Counted from the first letter of the stretch, positions 18,447 through 28,748 are shown. The stretch is 64,000 nucleotides of DNA from an uncultured Methanosarcinales archaeon (GCA_964343575.1 CAYFJV010000002.1:257585-321584); one strand, 5' to 3'. The notes: a model not told the origin generated them from the letters alone. Numbers and translations are program-made.

Positions 18447-19436
18447 ATGGTTCCAAATAAATTTAATCCAGTAAAAATTTACCTTGCATTCAAAGAGAAA
18501 GGTTTTGGAAGAGTGACCCGTTTTGCCTTGGAAGAGTTAGGGTTTTCTGCAAGAGCTAGGAGGAGAATTGTAAAGGACCTTCAAATTTTAAGGCATCCTT
18601 TTTCTTATCTTGGAAGAAAAAAAAGGTTGAGAAAGATTTTTCCTCGGAGAGGATCTCTTGTTATTGCTCGAGATAAAGGGTTTCTTCTCTCAAACTCAAA
18701 AGACTCTCCTCTCTCTGGTATTGAGGATGTGAGGGAGCATTGTTTAAAAATTTACAAAAAAAAGAAGAAGTTTATACCGTCTTATCTTTCTAAGACATCC
18801 TATCCTCAGTTAGATCTTTTTTCTTTAGATGAGAGCAAATCTTTCAAAAGAAAGTATGAGCTTGAAGAGATTAGAAAAGTAGCTGATTTTGCCTTAAGTA
18901 AAGAGATGGTGCAGGCTGCAGCTTGCTACCTTGGAGAGATGCCAATTCTGGGGGATATTTACTTGTTGTACACTCCTGTAAATAAAAAGAAGGTAGAATC
19001 TCAGCTTTATCATCAAGATGGTGAAGATTATCGACAGTGTAAGTTTTTCTTGGCAATAGAAGATGTTGATGAAGGAAAGGGTCCTTTTACCTTCTTTCCT
19101 GCAAATATCTCTCAGGAGGCTGCAAGGAGAATGGATTATTATGGGAAGCGTTATAAAAAGCACAGAACGAGAGTTCCTGATGAAGAAATGTATAGGTATA
19201 TCCCTGCATCTGAAGAGATTAAAGTAATCGGTCCTGCAGGTAGTTTTCTTTTTGTTGATACTTCTCGATGTTTTCACTTTGGTTCTAGGACAAGAAAGAA
19301 GCCGCGCCTGATGCTAGAGATACAGTATGTGAGTAGGTTTAATCTAGGGAGGCCGGCAGGGCAGTTATATACTAAACTTAGGAAAAAAGATATCAAAGAA
19401 CTCTCCTTGTCTGATCCTTACAAAGTGTTGGTTTAG
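18447..19436 (+). CDS. Fe(II)/2-oxoglutarate dioxygenase (PhyH-like)
   Basis: SQLYHQD (HxD), GPFTFFP, GPAGSFLFVDTSRCFHFG, downstream R. Confidence 0.72.
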   Translation: MVPNKFNPVKIYLAFKEKGFGRVTRFALEELGFSARARRRIVKDLQILRHPFSYLGRKKRLRKIFPRRGSLVIARDKGFLLSNSKDSPLSGIEDVREHCLKIYKKKKKFIPSYLSKTSYPQLDLFSLDESKSFKRKYELEEIRKVADFALSKEMVQAAACYLGEMPILGDIYLLYTPVNKKKVESQLYHQDGEDYRQCKFFLAIEDVDEGKGPFTFFPANISQEAARRMDYYGKRYKKHRTRVPDEEMYRYIPASEEIKVIGPAGSFLFVDTSRCFHFGSRTRKKPRLMLEIQYVSRFNLGRPAGQLYTKLRKKDIKELSLSDPYKVLV

Positions 19437-19467
19437 TTATTGTTTAGCTCTGCGATTGGTTGAAGAA

Positions 19468-20085
19468 ATGGTAAAAAAGAAAGTTAGTTTAGGGGACAAA
19501 AAAGAAGCCATTATTCGGGGGAGAAGAGTTGTTCTTGTTCCTTTCTCAGAGAAGCATCTTCATTCTGGATTTTACCTTTCTTGGCTTCGTGATTACGAAA
19601 CAATAAAGTATCTCAACCTTCCTGCTTATTTAGAAAAAGCAGTGACTTTTGAAGAGCTGGAGGCTTATGTTGACTCTTTGCGTAGGAGTCAGAACAATCT
19701 TTTCTTTGCAGTTGAAAGTTTGGAAGAGGGGAGCGAAGGAAAATTCATCGGTACTTGTAAAATTGGCCCGATTGATTTTTATGCTAAACATGTAAACTTG
19801 GGGATTTTGATTGGGAATAAAGAGTTCTGGGGAAGAGGTTTGGCAACCGAGATATTTGCTCTTGCTATCGAGTATTGTTTTGAGGAGTTAGAGATGTTTA
19901 AAATCATTGGTGGCTGTATGGGGCCCAATGTTGGTATGAGAAAGGTCTTTGAGAAGCTTGGTTTTAAAGAAGAAGGAGTGTTTCGAAAGCAAGATTTTCT
20001 TGAAGGAGAATATCATGACCATTATCACTTTGGGCTTTTCAGAGAGGAGTTTGAATCTGCTCGAGAGAAGCGCCTTAGAAGCTGA
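19468..20085 (+). CDS. GNAT N-acetyltransferase (RimJ/PseH-like)
   Basis: GILIGNKEFWGRGLATE, NVGMRKVFEKLGFKEEG. Confidence 0.85.
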   Translation: MVKKKVSLGDKKEAIIRGRRVVLVPFSEKHLHSGFYLSWLRDYETIKYLNLPAYLEKAVTFEELEAYVDSLRRSQNNLFFAVESLEEGSEGKFIGTCKIGPIDFYAKHVNLGILIGNKEFWGRGLATEIFALAIEYCFEELEMFKIIGGCMGPNVGMRKVFEKLGFKEEGVFRKQDFLEGEYHDHYHFGLFREEFESAREKRLRS

Positions 20086-20116
20086 TTTCTCTTTGTTCTA
20101 GGGGGCTGTCCTTTTC

Positions 20117-20130
20117 CATAAGATTTAAAA
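20117..20130 (+). promoter_or_regulatory. BRE-TATA promoter (CATAAGATTTAAAA)
   Basis: Identical to 17617-17630; 27 nt before ATG 20158. Confidence 0.65.
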
Positions 20131-20157
20131 CAAGACTTTTTCCTCTTCAGCTCTGTT

Positions 20158-21633
20158 ATGGCTCATGCGTTTCAAGATAAAAATATCCTTTTTATTGGTG
20201 GGGCTAATGGTAAGGATGAGTGGATGCTTACTCTAGCCAAGGAGTTTAAGAAGCGACATAATAGCTCTGCGTTTTATCTAGATATGGTTCGTGGGGGAAA
20301 AGAATATCTTATTGAACGAGGCGTTCCTTCTGAGAATATTTGGTCTTTTGATCACAATGGTCAAACAAAGGTGAAGAAAGCAGATGTTGGTTTTATTGCA
20401 CAAGCGGAGAAAAAATATGATTTTCGTTTATGGGATCTGTGGCAGATCACTGCTCCTCGTAAAAAGTCTCGATTAAAGCTTCCCAAGGAAACCATTATGA
20501 AATGGGGCCAGTTTATCATTGAAGAAGCTGAAGAGATGATTGAGAAATATTCTCCTGATTTTGTTGTTCTACAAGGAATGGCAAGCTTTTCTATTGTTAT
20601 TATCCACAATATGCTCAAAGCACATGGTGTTGAAGTGCTGACTATTGTCAATGCTCGTATTCCAAATCGTTTTGGGATTAATAATAATCTTCAAGATGAG
20701 TGGGAATTGTTGAAGCGCGAGTATGGGGAAGTTAAGAAACGAGGGCTTAGTGCTGAAGAGATGGCTTTTGCTGAGAAATTCATGCATGATTTTAGAGAGA
20801 AACCCTTTTTAGTTGATGGTCTAGCTAATGTTAATTTTGGTTCTGCGAAAAAGAAAAAGGTGGCTCTTTCTACCAAATTAAACAAGTATAAGCTTTATCT
20901 TAAGATTTTGCGCCATCGTAAGCGACTTCCTGACCTGCGGCAGTTTATGTGGCCTTACCTTGATAAGGTTCTTGACAAAACAGGAGCTTTTGAAGAGCCC
21001 GTTGAGGGAGAAGAATTTGCCTATTACGGGCTTCATGTGGATCCCGAGGCATCGACCTCTCTTTTTGGTAACTTGTATGTAAATCAGATTGATGTCATTG
21101 AGAAAATTTCTAAAAGTTTGCCAGTTGGTTATATGCTCTACGTTAAAGAGAACCCTTACCATTACTCAAGCAGACCTTACTATTTTCGAAAGGAGATTCG
21201 AAAGTTTCCAAACGTTCGTTTAATCTCTCCACATGTTAATTCCATAGGACTTATCAAGAAGAGTTCTCTTATTTTGACTGTTACAGGAACAATTGGTTGG
21301 GAGGCAATCATTTTGCAAAAGCCGGTAATTACCTTTGGGGGAGTCTATTATAACGTTTTTGATGAGGTTTCAAAAGTGGGATCAATTTTGGACCTTAAAG
21401 AGCAGATTGCCAAAAGAATTTCTGGAACAGTTGATAAGAAGAAAACTATGCAGTTTATCACCGCTTTGTTCTCTGCGACTTTTGAAGGAAATGGCTCAGA
21501 TCCAGGAGATTGTAATAACGCTTCTTTGAAGCCGAAGAATATTTCTTTGCTTCTTGATGGGATGGAAAATTATGTTTCTCGGGTAAGAGAGTTAAGAGAT
21601 AAGAAGGACGCAAAAAAAGGTAAAAAAGAATAA
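20158..21633 (+). CDS. Capsule-synthesis (KpsS-like) protein, candidate CMP-ulosonic-acid transferase
   Basis: YYGLHVDPEAST, LYVKENP, TVTGTIGWEAIILQKPVITFGGVYY. Confidence 0.7.
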   Translation: MAHAFQDKNILFIGGANGKDEWMLTLAKEFKKRHNSSAFYLDMVRGGKEYLIERGVPSENIWSFDHNGQTKVKKADVGFIAQAEKKYDFRLWDLWQITAPRKKSRLKLPKETIMKWGQFIIEEAEEMIEKYSPDFVVLQGMASFSIVIIHNMLKAHGVEVLTIVNARIPNRFGINNNLQDEWELLKREYGEVKKRGLSAEEMAFAEKFMHDFREKPFLVDGLANVNFGSAKKKKVALSTKLNKYKLYLKILRHRKRLPDLRQFMWPYLDKVLDKTGAFEEPVEGEEFAYYGLHVDPEASTSLFGNLYVNQIDVIEKISKSLPVGYMLYVKENPYHYSSRPYYFRKEIRKFPNVRLISPHVNSIGLIKKSSLILTVTGTIGWEAIILQKPVITFGGVYYNVFDEVSKVGSILDLKEQIAKRISGTVDKKKTMQFITALFSATFEGNGSDPGDCNNASLKPKNISLLLDGMENYVSRVRELRDKKDAKKGKKE

Positions 21634-21645
21634 TATTTATTTTGT

Positions 21646-22923
21646 TTACTGCGCCTTTCCTTGCCTTTCTTTGTTTACAAGCTCAATAGTTTTCTTAAGA
21701 ATGTCTGCTTGCTTTCTTGCAACTTCTACATCTTGATAGTTGGTCTTGAAGTGCATAAGCTTTGGCTGTAATTCTTCGGCTACCGGACAAAGACCGGGCT
21801 CATAGCGTTGCTTTGTCCCTTTATAGATCTCTGAATCAATTGGGAAAAAGCCTCCAAGAAACTTTCTTTCTTGGAAGATTGGCTCATTGTAAGTAAGTTG
21901 CCAAGCACCGTAAAAGAAATCTCCTCCAAGTGAGTAGAACTTCTCTCTAAACTCTTGCCAAGTGCAGCCAGCTAGTTTCTCTTCGAAGACACAAACAAAG
22001 GTCCAATAGGAGTTTACTAAGCCGTCTGGAGTGAATTGTGGGGTGAGCCATTCGCAACCTTTAACTGCCTCTTTGAGCATTTCGCCAATTTCTTTTCTTT
22101 TGTTTACCAGCTCATCCATTCGCTCAGTTTGTTCAAGAGCAACAGCCCCTTGTAAATCTGACATACGATAGTTCCAGCCCATTGATGCATGACGCAAGGA
22201 TGTTGGGTTTCCTCTTTCTTTCTTTGGAATGATGCCTCCACTTTTGCTCGTCAAGGTGTGATAACCAAAACAGGAGAACTTTCTTACTGCGGTAGCCATA
22301 GCTTCATCATTTGTGGTGACAATCCCTCCATCTCCACTTGTAATGTGTTTTGATGCCTGCAAACTAAAACTTCCAAAGTGGCCAATGGTTCCCACCATTT
22401 TTCCCTTGTAGGTGCTTAAGAAACATTCTGCACTATCTTCAATAACTGCTAGGTTGTGCTCTTTTGCGATTGCCATGATCTCGTCCATCTCTGCAGGGAG
22501 GCCATACAGGTGCACAGGGATAATTGCTTTAGTAAGTGGGGTGATTTTTTCTCTGATACTTTTGGGATCAATGTTGAAGGTTTTTCTATCAATATCTGCA
22601 AAAACAGGAATTGCTCCTTGATGGAGGATACAATAGGCAGTTGCTGCTGCTGTAAGAGGAGTTGTGATTACTTCATCACCTGGTTTTACTCCAGCAGCTG
22701 CAAGGCAAGAATGCATGGTTGCAGTACCATTACAGTGTGCTATGGCATACTTTGCCCCAAGGCGTTTTGCAAAAGCTCGCTCAAATCTTCCAGTCATTCC
22801 TGGGCCTGAAGAGTTTCCAAAACCGTATTCTACAACTTCTCGCAAGTACTCCATTGCTTTTTCAGTGACTCTTCCAGCGTGTCCTTTTGGGACTGTGCAA
22901 GTTTTTTCATTTTCTTTGTTCAT
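21646..22923 (-). CDS. DegT/DnrJ/EryC1/StrS sugar aminotransferase
   Basis: NGTATMH, PVHLYG, IEDSAE, FSLQASKHITSGDGG, GWNYRM. Confidence 0.92.
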   Translation of the reverse strand: MNKENEKTCTVPKGHAGRVTEKAMEYLREVVEYGFGNSSGPGMTGRFERAFAKRLGAKYAIAHCNGTATMHSCLAAAGVKPGDEVITTPLTAAATAYCILHQGAIPVFADIDRKTFNIDPKSIREKITPLTKAIIPVHLYGLPAEMDEIMAIAKEHNLAVIEDSAECFLSTYKGKMVGTIGHFGSFSLQASKHITSGDGGIVTTNDEAMATAVRKFSCFGYHTLTSKSGGIIPKKERGNPTSLRHASMGWNYRMSDLQGAVALEQTERMDELVNKRKEIGEMLKEAVKGCEWLTPQFTPDGLVNSYWTFVCVFEEKLAGCTWQEFREKFYSLGGDFFYGAWQLTYNEPIFQERKFLGGFFPIDSEIYKGTKQRYEPGLCPVAEELQPKLMHFKTNYQDVEVARKQADILKKTIELVNKERQGKAQ

Positions 22924-24325
22924 TTGTTTCTTCTCCTTGTGAAAACATTTCTGAATAAGTTTTATAGTTTGAATAAACTTTATTTCTATAATCTTCGTGG
23001 GCCCCTTCTTGCATTCGATCCCTCATATCTGAGATGCCACGATTCACATCCCAATCTGCAGTAAAGCCAATTTTTTCTCTTATCTTTTTGAAGGAGACTT
23101 TGTAATTTCGAGCATCTTCTGCTCCTCCATCAACTTTAAGCTCTGCTTCTGGGATGAGTTCTTTGATCTTATTTCCAACATCAAGGATGGTGAGATTGTT
23201 CATCTCAGCACCAACATTGAAGATTTCCCCTCGAACTTTTTCTATTGGAGCGTTAAGAACCGTTTGGATTGCCTTAGCAACGTCTTCAACGTGCACAAAA
23301 GGCCTCCATTGATTCCCACCAAAAACAGTGATCTCTTTATCTCTTACTGCTTTTGCGGTGAGAAGGTTTACCACTAAATCAAAACGCATTCTATTTGAAC
23401 TTCCAAACACGGTGGAAAGTCTTAAGATGGTTGGAGAGAAGACTCCATCTCTCATTGCTAGTAGTGCGTTTTCTGATTGTACTTTCATTCTTGCGTAAAG
23501 GGAAACCGGATTAAGAACAGATTTTTCATGCAGAAGTTCATTTCCTTCACTTGCACCGTAAACGCTGCAGGAAGAAGCGTAGATGAACCTATTTACTTGA
23601 AAATACTTACAAACCTCTGCAATGAGCTTTGTTGAAAGATAATTCATTTGTTGTGTTTTTCTAGAGTCCAATGAGCATGCAGGGTCACCCACAATCTCTC
23701 CAAGCTGAACAACAGCATCTGCATGTTTTACTGCATCGATGATTTTGTCTAAGTGACCAATATCTCCTTTGACCATAGAGAAGTTCTTATTTCCCTTAAG
23801 ATCCTGGATTGATTGCTCACCAAAGAAAAAAGAGTCAAAAACAATTACCTCGTAGTTTTCGTCAAGAAGTCTTCGAGCAAGAGTGGAACCAATGTAACCA
23901 GCACCTCCGACGATAAGAACTGATTTTTTGGTTCTTGTACTTGTCTCTTTTGAAAAAAGAGGAGAATGATGGCTAAGAATTTGGTTAATTTGCTCAGTAA
24001 GAAGGATATCACAAACGTGGCCATTCTCATCGATGACAGGCAGCTGGTCCACTTCTTTTTCTTTGAAGATACTCTCTACATCCTTTGCGCTGAACCCCTT
24101 CTTAAGCGTGGCGGAATTTTTATTCATGATCCCTTTAATTTCTGAATCAAGCTCAGCTCCTGCGATGATTGCCCTTCGGATATCACCATCAGTTACCAGG
24201 CCAACATATTTATGGTCCTCATTTAGAATAAGGGCAACCCCAAAACCGTTAAGGTCAATTGCTTTCATAACTGTACGCAAAGAATCATCTTCACGAACTA
24301 AGAAGCGGTAGACTAATTTTTCCAT
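22907..24325 (-). CDS. CBS-pair domain fused to an NAD-dependent sugar epimerase/dehydratase
   Basis: N-terminal GLVTDGDIRRAI, LPVIDENG; then GGAGYIGS, ASSCSVYG, YARMK, RFDLVVN. Confidence 0.88.
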   Translation of the reverse strand: MEKLVYRFLVREDDSLRTVMKAIDLNGFGVALILNEDHKYVGLVTDGDIRRAIIAGAELDSEIKGIMNKNSATLKKGFSAKDVESIFKEKEVDQLPVIDENGHVCDILLTEQINQILSHHSPLFSKETSTRTKKSVLIVGGAGYIGSTLARRLLDENYEVIVFDSFFFGEQSIQDLKGNKNFSMVKGDIGHLDKIIDAVKHADAVVQLGEIVGDPACSLDSRKTQQMNYLSTKLIAEVCKYFQVNRFIYASSCSVYGASEGNELLHEKSVLNPVSLYARMKVQSENALLAMRDGVFSPTILRLSTVFGSSNRMRFDLVVNLLTAKAVRDKEITVFGGNQWRPFVHVEDVAKAIQTVLNAPIEKVRGEIFNVGAEMNNLTILDVGNKIKELIPEAELKVDGGAEDARNYKVSFKKIREKIGFTADWDVNRGISDMRDRMQEGAHEDYRNKVYSNYKTYSEMFSQGEETNEQRK

Positions 24326-24331
24326 ATTTTT

Positions 24332-25882
24332 TCACATCCTCTTTTTCATTCTGATTCCTTTTACTGCATTGCAGACCCTTAGCACGTCTTCTTCACTCAT
24401 ATGTGAGTAGAGTGGGAGGCTTAGGATGTTGTGAGTGACAAAATTTGTTACAGGAAGTATTGGGTCATAATGCTCTTTGAAAGCAGCATAGGCTCGTTGT
24501 AGGTGGAGCGGTGGGTAGAAATATCTTTTTGAGTGGATGTTCTTTTCTTTTAACTCCTTAAGGAGCTCTTCTCTATCAAGTCCAAACTCTTCTGGAGTGA
24601 TGAGAATGGAGAAATCTTTGTAAGTTGTTCTGTCTGTAAGTGGAATCTCTTGGAAACGTAAGCCAGGAAGGTTAGAAAGTTCTCTCTTGTAGACCTTAAC
24701 TAGCTCATTTCTTCTTCTGATATTTTTATCTAACATCTCTAAGGATTTTAAACCTAAAAGGGCATTGAATTCTCCCATTCGTGCATTAAGTCCGGTGAAC
24801 TCACAGTCATAATTTCCTGGGTCTCCATAATTTCTTCCAATGCGCATTTTTCTTGCTATTTCATCATTATTGGTTGCTACAATGCCTCCTTCGGCAGTCA
24901 CCATAAGTTTGGTTGGAGAACAACTGAAGACTTCAACATCTCCAAAACCACCAATGTGTTTTCCCATTCTTATAGATCCCATCGCATGAGCGGCATCAAA
25001 AATCAGTTTTAAGTTATGCTCTTCTGCTATTGCCTCTAATTCTTCAACTGGAGCTGGTGCTCCAAAAAGGTGCACACCAATAATTGCACAAGTGCTAGGG
25101 GTTATTGCCTCTTTTACTTTTTGTACATCAATTTGAAATGTTTTGGGATCAATATCAACAAATTTAGGGGTAAGTCCGTTCCACATGGCAGCATGTCCTG
25201 TTGCAGAGAAAGTAAAACTTGGCAAGATTACTTCTCCTTTGAGGCCCATTGCTTTCATTGCGAGCATGAGTCCAGAAGTACAAGAAGACATAGCAATGAC
25301 ATGTTTTACTCCAAGATAATTCTGAAGCGTTTCTTCGAACTTTTTTACGTGTTTGTGGTTAGTAATCATCCCTGTTGAGAAAAGGTTTTCCAATTCAGGT
25401 TTAAGCTCTTCAAAAGAAGGTAGCGTTGGCTTAGTGATTGGGATGAACTCATTTGCAAGAGGAGCGTTTGTTTGCCCAGTTGTTGTAACTTTTTTGCTTT
25501 CTTTGATTTTTATTGGAGTTCCAAAGGCAGTGCAGTTTGCTGGAACATCTTTGTTTACAAAAGAATTTGCGCCAATGATTGCGTTTTCTCCGATAGTAAC
25601 ACCAGGCATAACTACACAGTGTGCACCAATTCGAGCGTTTCTTTTTACAGTAATTGGGGCTTGTTTATCATCGATGGTTGAAACAGAATAAAGAGAACAA
25701 TGGCTCCCGATTTGGACTTCGTCCTCAAGGGTGATTCCATATTTTGCGTTGATAAAAGTGAAGGCTCCAATGTCAACTCTTGTTCCTAATTGGAGATTTT
25801 CTGGGTTGTAGACCATCCAATTCCACTTTGTTAATTTCCCATGCTCCATAACTGGAGCTTGCCAATTTTCAAAACGCACCAT
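24332..25882 (-). CDS. Hexapeptide (left-handed beta-helix) acyltransferase fused to a DegT aminotransferase
   Basis: IGAHCVVMPGVTIGENAIIGANSFV..DVP; then SSCTSGL, FDAAHA, FSCSPTKLMVTAEGG. Confidence 0.9.
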   Translation of the reverse strand: MVRFENWQAPVMEHGKLTKWNWMVYNPENLQLGTRVDIGAFTFINAKYGITLEDEVQIGSHCSLYSVSTIDDKQAPITVKRNARIGAHCVVMPGVTIGENAIIGANSFVNKDVPANCTAFGTPIKIKESKKVTTTGQTNAPLANEFIPITKPTLPSFEELKPELENLFSTGMITNHKHVKKFEETLQNYLGVKHVIAMSSCTSGLMLAMKAMGLKGEVILPSFTFSATGHAAMWNGLTPKFVDIDPKTFQIDVQKVKEAITPSTCAIIGVHLFGAPAPVEELEAIAEEHNLKLIFDAAHAMGSIRMGKHIGGFGDVEVFSCSPTKLMVTAEGGIVATNNDEIARKMRIGRNYGDPGNYDCEFTGLNARMGEFNALLGLKSLEMLDKNIRRRNELVKVYKRELSNLPGLRFQEIPLTDRTTYKDFSILITPEEFGLDREELLKELKEKNIHSKRYFYPPLHLQRAYAAFKEHYDPILPVTNFVTHNILSLPLYSHMSEEDVLRVCNAVKGIRMKKRM

Positions 25883-25992
25883 AACGATTTTTGGCCCAAA
25901 ATGGCTTTTTAAAGTTTATTAACTTTCATTCTGTAGCTTCTTCTGTTTTTTCCTCTAGAAGTTTTTTAAAGGGGCTGATTCTTGAGCTCTTT

Positions 25993-27061
25993 ATGCATCA
26001 AGATATAGTTAGGGTGGTTTCAGAGCATACTGGATTTAAGCCATCAGATGCAAGTCTTCTTGCTACAACTAGCTCTCATCGGGTTTATGTTTTGTCTTTT
26101 GCAGATGGTTCGGATATTATTGCTAAAGTAGAAATTGCTGACTCAAAGAGGTTTTAATTTTGATGATCCTCTTTCTCTTGATCGCCAGGCCTATCTTTGT
26201 ACTCTGCTTAGAGAAGAGGCGGGCCTGCCTTCTCCAAAAATTCATGCTGTTGTGCAGAGAGATGATCTTGCACTTATGCTTATGGAAAGAATGCCTGGAG
26301 TTACTTGGCGCAATTTTCTAGAAAATACTTCTTTCTCAGAAGGAGCTTATCTTGCTTCTCTTGGCGGTTTGGGTGAGGCAGTTGCAAAAGCTCAGAAAGT
26401 TACTTTTGGAAGTTATGGAAATGTTATGCCTGGTCGGGTAATTGAACCGGTGAGAATAGAAAATTTTGCAGACAGAATTGCTTTTGTTAACCAGAAAAGA
26501 ATTGTAAGGGAAGCAGAAACTGGTTCTTTAACTGAAGCTGAACTGGCCGAAGTTGAAGCTTACTTTACTAGCACCTTGCTTGATCTTAGACCGAGCTTGG
26601 GTTCTGAAGGTATGGCTCCAGTTTTAGTAATGACTGATCTTCACCCCATGCAGTTTTATGTTGATGAGGCTGGAAAACCAAGTGGCTTTTTTGATAACGA
26701 ATTTTTCCAAGCGGCTCACCCTGTCCTTGAGATTTTTAATTTGCGTTTACAGTTTTTTAACTACTTCCTTGACTATGATGTTCGAAGGGCAGAGGCTGCA
26801 TTTTTTGAATCTTATGCTCGGGCAGGTGGACAATATAGCCCGGACGATGAGAGGAACCAAAAGCTTGATGATTTACTGGCGGTTGGGAATATGCTTGTAG
26901 CAAGCACTGTCTATCATGGAGTTGTCGATGGTCTGCGTGATACCTGGAGTGAGAGATATGGTCGGTTGACTTTACGGGCAGTTCGTGAGGGTGTTGTTGA
27001 TCGTTGTGGGTATCAAGAAATAATCAGAGAAAAGACAAAGCAACCCCTTTTACCTTCTTAG
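25993..27061 (+). pseudogene. Aminoglycoside/choline-kinase-family phosphotransferase split by a +1 frameshift at about 26152-26157
   Basis: ORF1 MHQDIV..HRVYVLSFADGSDIIAKV (kinase N-lobe) stops at AGG TTT TAA; the +1 frame continues FNFDDP..LPSPKI..LMERMPG..TDLHPMQFYVD..GFFDNE. Confidence 0.65.
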
Positions 27062-27125
27062 TGTTCAGCTTAAAGAGAACAAAGAACCTTAATCTTTATA
27101 AGGGGCTTTTGCTCAAAGATTGTCC

Positions 27126-28724
27126 ATGATAAACGGTAAAAGAGTTCTTGCATACATTCCTATTCGATCAGGTTCTAAAAGCATTATTGATAAGAACATT
27201 GTTGATGTGGAAGGAAAACCATTGGTTGCATACTCCATTCTCGCTGCAAAAGAGAGTAAGTATGTTGATGAGGTGATTGTTTCAACAGATTCTGCAAACT
27301 ATGCTGAGATTGTTAAGCAGTTTGGAGCAAAGGCTCCTTTCTTACGTCCAGATGAGCTGGCGAGCGATACTGCTGTTGAGATGGATGCATGTCAACACAT
27401 GATGGCATGGGTAGAAGAAAACTGGCAAGAAAAATTTGATATTATTCTGAAGCTTGAAGCAACTTCTCCTTTGCGGCTTGCAGATGATATTGACCGGGCA
27501 ATTGAAAAGTTGGTTGAGAAAAATGCTGACACTGTGATTACCGTTACTGAAGCACTCACTCCTCCTTTTTGGATGAACACGCTCAATGAAGAGAAAAGTA
27601 TGAAGGATTTCATTGCCAAAGATGTTGCAAGAAAGAATCGTCAGGAGCTTCCTATGTATTACCAGTTGGATGGAGTTGTTTTTGCAGCACGTTGGGATTT
27701 TGTTAAATTACACAAAACCTGGTTTACTGATAACAGTTTTGCTAGCATTACTCCAAGCGATCGAGCAATTGATGTGGATGGACCGATCCAGTTAGATCTG
27801 GTTCGTGTGCTTATCCGAAAAAGAAATGAGCGGAAGGCCAAGCTGAGTAGTAGTCAAGAAGTTAAGCAAGTGGCTCATGGAACTAGTGGTTCTGTAGCAT
27901 CTGGTTCTGCCGTTGAAGATCTCTTCAGTGTGAAAGGAAAAGTAGCTATCGTTACTGGAGCAGTTGGTTTGATTGGTTCACAATATGTAGAAATCCTTTC
28001 TAATGCCGGGGCCCATGTGGTTATTGCAGATATTGATCAAGTAAAGTGTGATGCTTTTGCAAGGCAAATTACTGAGAGTTCAGGAGTTGAAGCTCTTGGG
28101 GTTGAAGTAGATATTTCTAATGAAGCATCTGTTGCTGCAATGGCCAGGAAAATAGTAGAGAAATTTGGTAAGATTGATATTTTGATTAACAATGCAGCAG
28201 GTCGCCCTAAGGCTTACTTTGAGCCTTTTGAGAACTATCCGGGGGATGATTGGGACTTTGTTACTAGTGTTAATCTTCGTGGAACTTTTTTGTGTTCAAA
28301 AGTAGTTGGAAATTACATGCTTAAATCCTCTGGGAAGGGCAATGGGGAAGGTAAGGGCGTAATTGTTAACATTGGATCAACTTATGGCGTCGTTGGTAAT
28401 GATATGAGTATTTATGAAGGAAGTGAGGCTCGAGCTTTCCCTTCTGCGGTCTATGCTGCGACCAAGGGAGGAGTGATTAACCTTACTCGCCACTTGGCAA
28501 CTTATTGGGGAAGAAAAGGGATTCGAGTAAACTGTTTAAGCCCAGGTGGTGTGCTTACCAACCAAAGTGAAGGCTTTGTTGCTCGTTACTCTGCAAGAAC
28601 TCCAATAGGAAGAATGGCAAACAAGGATGAGTATAAAGGAGCAATTTTGTTCTTATGCTCAGATGCATCCTCTTATATGACGGGAGCTAATCTAGTTGTT
28701 GATGGTGGTTGGACTGCTTGGTGA
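27126..28724 (+). CDS. neuA: CMP-nonulosonic acid synthetase (NeuA/PtmB-like) fused to an SDR oxidoreductase (PtmA-like)
   Basis: IPIRSGSKSIIDKN, VSTDS, PFLRP..LASD, TSPLR, RQELP; then TGAVGLIG, LINNA, YAATK, RVNCLSPGG, VDGGWTAW. Confidence 0.88.
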   Translation: MINGKRVLAYIPIRSGSKSIIDKNIVDVEGKPLVAYSILAAKESKYVDEVIVSTDSANYAEIVKQFGAKAPFLRPDELASDTAVEMDACQHMMAWVEENWQEKFDIILKLEATSPLRLADDIDRAIEKLVEKNADTVITVTEALTPPFWMNTLNEEKSMKDFIAKDVARKNRQELPMYYQLDGVVFAARWDFVKLHKTWFTDNSFASITPSDRAIDVDGPIQLDLVRVLIRKRNERKAKLSSSQEVKQVAHGTSGSVASGSAVEDLFSVKGKVAIVTGAVGLIGSQYVEILSNAGAHVVIADIDQVKCDAFARQITESSGVEALGVEVDISNEASVAAMARKIVEKFGKIDILINNAAGRPKAYFEPFENYPGDDWDFVTSVNLRGTFLCSKVVGNYMLKSSGKGNGEGKGVIVNIGSTYGVVGNDMSIYEGSEARAFPSAVYAATKGGVINLTRHLATYWGRKGIRVNCLSPGGVLTNQSEGFVARYSARTPIGRMANKDEYKGAILFLCSDASSYMTGANLVVDGGWTAW

Positions 28725-28748
28725 CTTTTTTGTTTCTTTTTGTTTATA

